In this document: in pieces, positions 6,476-14,400 of the stretch
Layout: every line of letters starts with the position of its first letter
Numbering within the stretch: the stretch's first letter is position 1
Source of the DNA: an uncultured Rhizobiaceae bacterium
GTDB lineage: Bacteria > Pseudomonadota > Alphaproteobacteria > ATCC43930 > Allostellaceae
Length of the DNA stretch: 24,000 nucleotides
Assembly: GCA_964594715.1 (NCBI GenBank)
Contig: CAZQOA010000001.1
Span: 1-24,000 of the forward strand
Direction of reading: 5' to 3'
Program-made: the position numbers and the translations under genes
Notes under the pieces: generated by a model
What the model saw: only the letters and a program-made list of their open reading frames with translations
The model's database searches: none
What the model was told of the DNA's origin: nothing

Positions 6476-7810
6476 TCAGCCCCCCTTGGTGGGCGTCGGG
6501 GCCGGCGCCGGCTGCATGGCGCGTTCGGCCGCACGCAGCGCCTGCTTCAGGTCGTCGACGATGTCGCCCGCATCCTCCAGCCCGACCGACAGGCGGATCA
6601 TGTCCTCGCCGACCCCGGCCGCGACCAGGGCGGCGGCGTCGAGTTGCTGGTGGGTGGTGCTGGCCGGATGGATGACCAGCGACTTGGCGTCGCCGACATT
6701 GGCCAGGTGCGAGACCAGGCGCAGCCGGTCGATGAAGACACGCCCTGCGTCGCGCCCCCCCTTGATGCCGAAGGCGACCATGCTGCCCGCCCCCTTCGGC
6801 ATCAGCCGCCGGGCCAGTTCATGGTCGGGATGGTCCGGCAGGTCGGGATGGCAGACCCAGGCCACCTGCGGCGCGGCGCGCAGGAAATCGAGGATCGCAC
6901 GGGTGTTCGCGACATGGCGCTCCATGCGCAGCGGCAGCGTCTCGATGCCCTGGATGATGTGGAAGGCGTTGGTCGGCGACATGGCGGCGCCGAAGTCCCG
7001 CAGGCCCTCGGCGCGCGCCCGCATGATGAAGGCGAGCGGCCCGTACTCCTCGGCGAAGTCGATGCCGTGATAGCCGGCATAGGGCTCGGTCAGGGTCGGG
7101 AAGCGCCCTGAGCCTTCCCAGTCGAAGCGCCCGCTGTCGACCAGGACGCCGCCGATGGCGACGCCGTGCCCGCCCATCCATTTGGTCGCGGAATGCAGCA
7201 CCAGGTCGGCGCCATGGTCCATCGCCCGGCACAGATAAGGGGTGGAGAAGGTGGCATCGACCAGCAGCGGAACGCCGTGCGCGTGGGCCACGGCCGACAC
7301 CTGCGGCAGGTCGACGATCTCCAGCCCCGGATTGCCCACCGTCTCGGTGAAGACGAGGCGGGTCTCCGGCCGGATGGCGCGGGCGAAGGCGTCCACGTCG
7401 CGCGGTGGCACGAAGGTGGTCTCGATGCCGAAGCGCGGCAGGGTCAGCTTCAGGAGGTTGATGCTGCCGCCATAGAGCGAGGCGGCCGCGACGATGTGCC
7501 CGCCCGCCCCCATCAAGGTCGCGATGGCCAGATGCAGCGCCGCCTGGCCGCTGGCGGTGCAGATGGCCCCGACCCCGCCTTCCAGTGCCGCGATCCGCTC
7601 CTCCAGCACCGCCACGGTCGGGTTGGAGATGCGCGAATAGACGTGCCCCGGCCGTTCCAGATTGAACAGCGATGCGGCATGGTCGGTGCTCTGGAACACG
7701 AAGGACGTAGTCTGGTAGATGGGCACGGCGCGGGCGCCGTGGACCGGATCGGGCTGCTGGCCCGCATGCAGACTTAGCGTATGGAAGCCCGGAAACCTGG
7801 CGTCGGCCAT
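6476..7810 (-). CDS. metY: O-acetylhomoserine sulfhydrylase (aminocarboxypropyltransferase), PLP-dependent
   Basis: [37 protein letters not shown]...[19 protein letters not shown] is MetY-like, and [11 protein letters not shown] carries the PLP lysine. I prefer ATG at 7810, which is 8 nt after AAGGA. The alternative ATG at 7819 overlaps the RBS. Confidence 0.85.
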   Translation of the reverse strand: MADARFPGFHTLSLHAGQQPDPVHGARAVPIYQTTSFVFQSTDHAASLFNLERPGHVYSRISNPTVAVLEERIAALEGGVGAICTASGQAALHLAIATLMGAGGHIVAAASLYGGSINLLKLTLPRFGIETTFVPPRDVDAFARAIRPETRLVFTETVGNPGLEIVDLPQVSAVAHAHGVPLLVDATFSTPYLCRAMDHGADLVLHSATKWMGGHGVAIGGVLVDSGRFDWEGSGRFPTLTEPYAGYHGIDFAEEYGPLAFIMRARAEGLRDFGAAMSPTNAFHIIQGIETLPLRMERHVANTRAILDFLRAAPQVAWVCHPDLPDHPDHELARRLMPKGAGSMVAFGIKGGRDAGRVFIDRLRLVSHLANVGDAKSLVIHPASTTHQQLDAAALVAAGVGEDMIRLSVGLEDAGDIVDDLKQALRAAERAMQPAPAPTPTKGG

Positions 7811-7896
7811 CGTCCCCATCCTTGGATCAGCGGGCCGGCACCATACACGGGCGCCGCCACCGGCCGGAAGGCCTGCGCCCGCATGATGGCATCCGC

Positions 7897-8574
7897 ATGA
7901 GCGTGGGGGGCGTCGACGGCTGCCGCGGCGGCTGGATCATGGTGGCCCGCGATCCGGCGTCCGGTGCCTTGACCGTCCACGCCACCCGCCGCTGGGTCGA
8001 CCTGCCGCCGGTCGGGCTGCTGGCGGTGGACATGCCGATCGGATTGCCGGAAACCGGCCGGCGCGGCTGCGACTTCGCGGCCCGGCGCCTGCTCGGGCCG
8101 GGCCGTTCCGCCAGCGTCTTCATCGGCTTGCGCCGGCCATTGCTGGGCTTTGCCGACTACCCCTCCGCCAACGCCTGGGGCAAGGGCGACGGTGCCGGGC
8201 TGGCCAAGCAGGCCTGGTACCTGCTGCCCAAGATCGCCGAGATCGACCGGGCGCTGACGCCCGCCGACCAGGAACGGGTGCGCGAATGCCACCCCGAGCT
8301 GGCCTTCATGCGGCTGGCGGGCGCCCCCATCGCGGAAAGCAAGCTGAAGCCGGGCGGACTGCAACGACGGCGGGCGCTGCTGGAAGCGGCAGGAATCGAT
8401 ACCGGCCGGCTGCTGGCGGCCCTCGACCGCCGCCATGCCGCCGCGGACGACCTGTTCGACGCGGCGGTCCTGTGCCTGACGGCCGAGCGGATCGCTGGCG
8501 GCGCCGGCATCCGGCTGCCCGCGGACGATCCGCCCCGCGACGCCCGCGGCTTGCGCATGGAGATCTGGTACTAG
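7897..8574 (+). CDS. DUF429 domain-containing protein (function unknown)
   Basis: From ATG 7897 the translation reads MSVGGVDGCRGGWIMVARD...LLAVDMPIGLPE.GRR.CD..AR..LG.R.SSVF...ECHPELAF...DD..DA.V.. and ends in EIWY. This resembles the DUF429 family as I remember it. Confidence 0.6.
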   Translation: MSVGGVDGCRGGWIMVARDPASGALTVHATRRWVDLPPVGLLAVDMPIGLPETGRRGCDFAARRLLGPGRSASVFIGLRRPLLGFADYPSANAWGKGDGAGLAKQAWYLLPKIAEIDRALTPADQERVRECHPELAFMRLAGAPIAESKLKPGGLQRRRALLEAAGIDTGRLLAALDRRHAAADDLFDAAVLCLTAERIAGGAGIRLPADDPPRDARGLRMEIWY

Positions 8575-9236
8575 TCCAGACGGCCGGCGAGCCAGGCAGC
8601 GAGCCCGGGCATCGTCGGGTGGATGCCGACCGCGCCGGCCTCCGCCAGGCGCTGGCCCAGCCCCTCGTCGGCATGGCCGCCGCCGGTGAAGCCGACCACC
8701 TTCATTCCCGCCCGCCGGGCGGCGGTGGTACCGGCGACCGAATCCTCCACCACCAGGCAGTCGGCGGGGTCGGCGCCCATCTGCGAGGCGGCATAGAGGA
8801 AGACGTCCGGCGCCGGCTTGCCGCGCTTCACCTGGCTGGCCGAGAACACGTCCGCCCCGAAGAGGTCGAGCAGGCCGGCAGTGGCGAGGTTGCGGCGCAG
8901 TCCCTCCAGCCGGGTCGAGGAGGCGACGCAGGTGTCATGGCCAAGGTCGCGGACCCCGCGGACGGCGTCCGCAACGCCGGCGATCGCCACCAGCTCGGTC
9001 GCGAAGCGCCGGAAGAGTTCCGCCTCGATGCGATCGAACAGCGCGTCCGGCAGGGCGAAGCCGTGGTCGTCGGCCAACGTGCGCCAGACGTCGCGATGGG
9101 GGATGCCGGTGAAGCGCCGCGCGATCTCCGTGGGCGCGGTCGGATGGCCGAGCTCGGCCAGCATTGCGGAATCCACCGCACAGAAGATCACCTCGGAGTC
9201 GATCAGGACCCCGTCGCAGTCGAAGATGATCAGCAT
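8571..9236 (-). CDS. HAD-superfamily hydrolase (phosphatase/phosphomutase-like, subfamily IA)
   Basis: Starts at ATG (CAT 9234-9236). HAD motif I is MLIIFDCDGVLIDSE, motif III is KRGKPAPDVF and motif IV is VVEDSVAGTTAARRAGM. Confidence 0.8.
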   Translation of the reverse strand: MLIIFDCDGVLIDSEVIFCAVDSAMLAELGHPTAPTEIARRFTGIPHRDVWRTLADDHGFALPDALFDRIEAELFRRFATELVAIAGVADAVRGVRDLGHDTCVASSTRLEGLRRNLATAGLLDLFGADVFSASQVKRGKPAPDVFLYAASQMGADPADCLVVEDSVAGTTAARRAGMKVVGFTGGGHADEGLGQRLAEAGAVGIHPTMPGLAAWLAGRLD

Positions 9237-9243
9237 CGGGAAC

Positions 9244-10140
9244 CTATCGGATTGGGAGTTCCGCCATCGCCGCCAGCACCGCTTCCGGCGCCTCCTGCGG
9301 CAGGAAATGGCCGGCGACGGGGACGACGTGCCGGACATAGGGGCCGGTGAAGAACCGGGCGTGGCCCGCCGAATCCTCCGGCGGGCTGACCCCGTCGCAG
9401 GCGCCGTGCAGGGCCACCGTCGGCACCGCGATCGGCGGCTGGGCCGCCAGCCGCTCCTCCAGGCCCTCCAGCGCCGGGTCGCCCGGCGCCGCGCCATAGC
9501 GATGGCGGTAGGACTGCACCGAGACCGCGACAAAATCCGGATTGTCGAAGGAAGTGGCGGTCCGTTCGAAGGTGGCGTCGTCGAAGGCCCAGTTCGGCGA
9601 CCAGAGCTGCCACAGCAGGCGGCAGATCGGGCGACGGTTGGCCTCCAGCCCGGCCCGTCCGCGCTCGGTGTGGAGGTACCATTGATACCAGTAGCGATAT
9701 TCCTGGGCGGCCGAGGCCGGGCGATTGGCCCGGGCGATGTTCTGGATGTTGTAGCCGCCGATGGTGACCAACCCCTTCACCCGGTCCGACCACAGCGCCG
9801 CCACGACGCAAGCCGCCCGTCCGCCCCAGTCATAGCCGACGAGATCGGCCTGCCCGATACCGAGCGCGTCCATCAGCCGCCGCAGATCGTCGCCGAGTGC
9901 TGCCTGCTGTCCCGACCGGGGGGTCGCCGGGTCGAGGAAGCGCGTCGGGCCATATCCCCGCAGCCACGGCACGATCACCCGATGCCCGCGGGCGGCGAGC
10001 GGGTCCGCGACCCCGTCCCAGGCGCGGACATCGTCGGGGAAGCCATGCATCAGGAACACGGGCGGGCCATCCGGCGGCCCATGCTCCTCGTAGGCGATCT
10101 CCAGCGTCGGCGTCCGCACCGTCTTCATCGCGGGCCTCAT
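9244..10140 (-). CDS. Alpha/beta hydrolase, epoxide-hydrolase/haloalkane-dehalogenase-like
   Basis: Contains FLMHGFPDDVRAWD, the nucleophile motif VGYDWGGRAA and C-terminal GHF.PQE. ATG 10140 is preceded by GGAGGTGAGGGAAG. The alternative starts are 10152 (GTG) and 10128. Confidence 0.75.
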   Translation of the reverse strand: MRPAMKTVRTPTLEIAYEEHGPPDGPPVFLMHGFPDDVRAWDGVADPLAARGHRVIVPWLRGYGPTRFLDPATPRSGQQAALGDDLRRLMDALGIGQADLVGYDWGGRAACVVAALWSDRVKGLVTIGGYNIQNIARANRPASAAQEYRYWYQWYLHTERGRAGLEANRRPICRLLWQLWSPNWAFDDATFERTATSFDNPDFVAVSVQSYRHRYGAAPGDPALEGLEERLAAQPPIAVPTVALHGACDGVSPPEDSAGHARFFTGPYVRHVVPVAGHFLPQEAPEAVLAAMAELPIR

Positions 10141-10148
10141 CGCTTCCC

Positions 10149-10340
10149 TCACCTCCGGAACAGCGCTTCGGCGGCCCCGCGCTGGTTCTTCTTGGCGTCG
10201 ATCGCGGCGCGGACGCGCGCGATCTCGGCCTCCATCTCGCGGATATAGCCTTCCAGCTCCTCGATCGACATCGGATCGAGCAGGCGCGGACCGGGCTTGG
10301 CCGGGCGCGGGGCGAGTTCTTCGGGATCGATCGCGGGCAT
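10149..10340 (-). CDS. DUF1192 domain-containing small protein
   Basis: The 63-aa product is MPAIDPEELAPRPAKPG..LLDPMSIEELEGYIREMEAEIARVRAAIDAKKNQRGAAEALFRR. Its start is CAT at 10338-10340. The upstream part of the track ORF is a poor coding sequence. Confidence 0.65.
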   Translation of the reverse strand: MPAIDPEELAPRPAKPGPRLLDPMSIEELEGYIREMEAEIARVRAAIDAKKNQRGAAEALFRR

Positions 10341-10348
10341 GGCGCCTA

Positions 10349-10377
10349 TTGTCCTGACGGGTCCCGCCATATTATCC
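10349..10377 (+). promoter_or_regulatory. Possible sigma-70 promoter for the quinone oxidoreductase gene
   Basis: TTGTCC at 10349-10354 is followed by the only AT-rich patch of the intergenic region, catattatcc. That patch gives TATTAT at 10370-10375 with a 15-nt spacer, or TTATCC with a 17-nt spacer. This is a weak call. Confidence 0.25.
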
Positions 10378-10413
10378 GGGAACGCACCAACGGGAACCCT
10401 CGAGGAGACCCCC

Positions 10414-11412
10414 ATGCCCGCCCTGCCCGATACCATGCGTGCCGTAGAGATCGTCCGCCCGGGTGGGCCCGAGGTGCTGGTGGCGACGACCCGGCCGATG
10501 CCGCAGCCCGGCCCCGGGGAAGTACTGATCCGGGTCGCCGCGGCCGGCATCAACCGGCCGGACGTACTGCAGCGCAAGGGCGGCTATGCCCCACCGCCGG
10601 GCGCCTCGGACCTGCCCGGGCTGGAGGTCGCCGGCACCGTCGCCGCGGTCGGCGAGAACGTCGGGCGGTGGCAGGCGGGCGACCAGGTGTGCGCACTGGT
10701 CTCGGGCGGCGGCTATGCCGAATATTGCGTGGCGCCGGCGCCGCAATGCCTGCCGGTGCCGGACGGGCTGTCGATGATCGAGGCCGGCGGCATCCCGGAG
10801 ACCTTCTTCACGGTGTGGACCAACGTGTTCGACCGCGGGCGCCTGCAGGCGGGCGAGACGCTGCTGGTCCATGGCGGCTCCAGCGGCATCGGCACGACGG
10901 CGATCCAGATGGCGAAGGCGCTGGGTGCCACCGTCTACGTCACCGCGGGCAGCGCCGAGAAGTGTCAGGCCTGCACCCGACTGGGTGCCGACCTGGCGAT
11001 CGACCACAGCCGGGCGGACTTCGTCGCGGCCGTGAAGGAAGCGACCGGCGGCAAGGGCGCGGACGTCATCCTCGACATGGTCGGCGGCGACTACACCGCC
11101 CGCAACCTGGAAACCCTGGCTGTCGAAGGGCGCCTGGTGCAGATCGCCTTCCTGCGCGGCAGCAAGGTCGACCTCAACCTGGAGCCGATCATGCGCAAGC
11201 GGCTGACCCTGACCGGCTCCACCCTGCGCCCCCGGACGGTCGCCCAGAAGGGCGTCATCGCCGAGACCCTGGAGGAACGGGTATGGCCGCTGCTGGCGGC
11301 AGGCGGCCTGCGCCCGCCGATCTTCCGCACCTTCCCGCTGGCCGAGGCCGCGGCCGCCCACGCGCTGATGGAATCGAACACGCATATCGGCAAGATCGTC
11401 CTCACGGTCTGA
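10414..11412 (+). CDS. NAD(P)H:quinone oxidoreductase, zinc-independent MDR family (PIG3/Qor-like)
   Basis: GAGGAG RBS at 10402-10407. The translation MRAVEI..PGGPEVL......P.P.PGEVLIRV.AAGINRPD..QR.G.Y.PPPGASD.PGLE.AG.V is Qor-like, and HGGSSGIGTTAIQMAKALGA is the cofactor-binding motif. The C-terminus reads HIGKIVL. Confidence 0.85.
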   Translation: MPALPDTMRAVEIVRPGGPEVLVATTRPMPQPGPGEVLIRVAAAGINRPDVLQRKGGYAPPPGASDLPGLEVAGTVAAVGENVGRWQAGDQVCALVSGGGYAEYCVAPAPQCLPVPDGLSMIEAGGIPETFFTVWTNVFDRGRLQAGETLLVHGGSSGIGTTAIQMAKALGATVYVTAGSAEKCQACTRLGADLAIDHSRADFVAAVKEATGGKGADVILDMVGGDYTARNLETLAVEGRLVQIAFLRGSKVDLNLEPIMRKRLTLTGSTLRPRTVAQKGVIAETLEERVWPLLAAGGLRPPIFRTFPLAEAAAAHALMESNTHIGKIVLTV

Positions 11413-11433
11413 CGCCGACGCCGGCACAAACCC

Positions 11434-14400
11434 ATGGGACAAGGGGACGACGGGGGCGATGACGCCGGATTGGCGTTCGCCGAGGGCTTCTATCGCGCTC
11501 AGCTCGACCGGCCGCCGCCGGACGGCGGCAGCGCGCTCGATCACTATCGCCAGGGGGGATGGCGGCTGGGCCTCGACCCGCACCCGCTCTTCAGCACCCG
11601 CCATTATCTGGCCCACGCGCCGGACGCGCCGCGGAGCGGCCTCGACCCGCTGACCCATTTCCTGCGGCAGGGGATGGATGCGGCACGGCCCTTCCACCCC
11701 TGCTTCGACATCGTCGGCTACCGGCAGCAACTGGCAGGCCCGACCTCGGGCAACCCGCTGCTGCACTATCTTCGCCAGGGTGCCGCCCACGGGCTCGCCC
11801 CGTGCGATATCTTCGACGCCGGCTACTATCGCGATGCCGCGGGGGCGGCAGCCATCGATGGCGACCCGCTCTCGCACTATCTCTCGACCGGCTGGCGTCT
11901 GCACCTGCCGTTCCACCCCTTCTTCGACCCCGCCCACTACATGGCGCAGCCGGGCGCCGGGCGGCGCAGCCCGGTTCCGCTGGTCGATTTCCTGCTGGCC
12001 CCGGCCGGCACCAGAGCCTCGCCCCAGGCATTCTTCGACCCGGCGATGGCGCGCGGCCTGCCGGCCGGCCTGTGCCCCTACCACACCTACATGACCCACG
12101 GCCTCGACCGCCCCGGCACGGCGATCAGCCGGTTGCGATCGGCCGACTGGTTCCGGCGCGCGGCGGCCGAAGGCGCCGGCGGTACCCCGGCCCGGCGATA
12201 CCTGGCCGCGCGGCGGCGGCATCGCGACCATGGCCGGCGGCGGATCATCTTCGTCGGGCACGAGGCCACCCGCACCGGCGCGCCGATCATCCTGCTGCGC
12301 CTGGTCGAGCATGCGGCGGCGAGCGGCCTGGTGGAGTGCGTGACGGTGCTGGCCGCGGGCGGGCCGCTGGTCGATGCCTATGCCGCGGCCGGGCACGTGC
12401 TGCTGCCGAAGCCGGGCGACGCCGAGGCCGACACCGTGCGCTACGTCCTCGACCGGTTCGCCGACGACCCGCCTTCGGCCGCGATCGTCAACACCATCGT
12501 CACGCCGGACCTGGCGGCTGCGTTCGCGGCGGCGGGGGTGGCGGTCCATGTGCTGGTGCATGAATCGGCCGACATGTACCCCCGCGACCAGCTTGCCGCC
12601 GTCGCCCGTAGCGCCGACCGGTTGATCTTCGCCTCACGGCATACAGCCGAGCGGTTCCAGGCGCGCACCGCCGTTGACGGGTGCGCGATCGAGGTGGCGC
12701 ATAGCGGCGTCACCAGTTCCCCCGGCCGCGGCACGGTCACCACGACAGCGGCCACCGACGAGCTGGTGGTGCTCGGCTGCGGGACGATGAGCTGGCGCAA
12801 GGGCGTGGACCGTTTCGTCACCGTCGCGCGCAAGACCCTGGCGCGGCTGCCGGCCGACCCCTCGGTGCCGCTTGGACGGGTGCGGTTCGACTGGGTCGGC
12901 GGCCGGCTTCCGCCAAGCCATGAGGGCGCGGAGTTCTGGGCGGCATTCGAGATCGAGCTGCATGGGCTGCGCGACCGGGTGCGCCTGGTCGACGAGGTGG
13001 CCGACCTCGGGCCGCTCTATGCCGGGGCGGCCGTGTTCCTGATGACCTCGCGCGCCGACCCCTTCCCGGGCGTCGCGCTGGAGGCCATGTCGGCCGGGCT
13101 TCCGGTCATTGCCTTCGCCGACAGCGGCGGCGCCCCGGAAGCGCTGGCCGGCGGCGCGGGGATCGTCGTGCCCTATGACGATACCGACGCGATGGCGGAT
13201 GCGCTGGCCGGCCTGCTCGCGACGCCGGAGCGACGGCGCGCGATCGGCAAGGTGGCGCTGGCGAAAGTGGCCGCGGATTATCGTTTCGCCGATTACGCGG
13301 CGGCCATCCTCGGCCCGATCGTGCCGGGCATGTGCGCCGATGCGATGGCGGACGTTGCCGCCGGCACGGTGCCGGCGCCGCCGGCCGGCGCCAGGGATAC
13401 CGGGCAGCCCGCCCAGCCAACGCCGTCGCCGCTCGATCCCGGTCGCGAGACGCTGCTCATCGTCGCCCACGGCGCCGATCCCGACGCCGGGCTGCTGGCC
13501 CTCAATCTCGCGGCCTTCCTGCGTCGCCGGCGCAACGTCGTGCTGATGCTCTGCGACGGCAATGCGCTGGCGCCGGCGGCCCGGGCCGCCGCCGACGCGG
13601 TCGTCACCGCCGACGCGGCCACGATGCGCGACGAGGCCCTGGTCCGCAGCGAGATCGACCGGATCGCCGTCACCTTCGCCGTCCACCGGGCCATCATCAT
13701 CGGCGAAGTCCCGGCTGCGGTCCCGTTCGCGCTGGCCGCGCGGTTCCTTCCCTCGGTCCTGGTGCCGGGCGGCAAGTTGACCGCGGGCAGCCGGCGCGAC
13801 CGCCACGCATGGTGCCACCTGGTCGTCGCGCCGGCGTCGGGGATCGCGGCGTCCTTCCGCGAGGACCAGCCGGAGCGACCGGACGGCGAGATTCTGCATC
13901 TGCAACATGGCCGGTCGCAAATATGGTCCGCGTCCAGGGCGGAGCGGGCGGAGGAAACGGCCCGGCTGGCGGCGGCCCTGGACGGAAGCCCCGATGCCCA
14001 GCGGCCATTGCTGGTCCTCGGCGCAGGCGCGCCTACCGTCGATGGCGGCATCGACCTCTTCCTGCGCTGTGCCGCCCGCCTGGCCGACGATCCGCGCCTG
14101 CGGTTCGCCTGGGTCTGCGACCCGGGCACGGCCGACGGGCCGGAATGGTCGGCGCTGCGCCGGCGGATCGCCGGCTCACCGCGCCATCGCCATGTCGTCC
14201 TGTGGGGCGAGGCACCGACCCTGGAGCCGGCCTTCGCCGCCGCGGCCTTGTTCCTGGCGACGGCTGCCGGCGACCGGGTGGGCTTCCCAGCCCTGGGCGC
14301 GCTGGAGCATGGCTTGCCGGTCATCGCCTTCGCCGATGGCGGCGGCCTGGCGACCATGCTGGCCGCGGACGCCGATGCCGCCGCCGGCCTGGTGCCCGAG

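Noticed and set aside
7811-7896. Possible SAM riboswitch (SAM-II/SAM-V type) in the metY leader.
   Set aside because: I read the minus-strand leader GCGGAUGCCAUCAUGCGGGCGCAGGCCUUCCGGCCGGUGGCGGCGCCCGUGUAUGGUGCCGGCCCGCUGAUCCAAGGA. It lacks the conserved U-rich/AAAGCU pseudoknot elements of SAM-II. It contains only a generic GGCCGG…CCGGCC hairpin. A covariance-model scan would settle the question.
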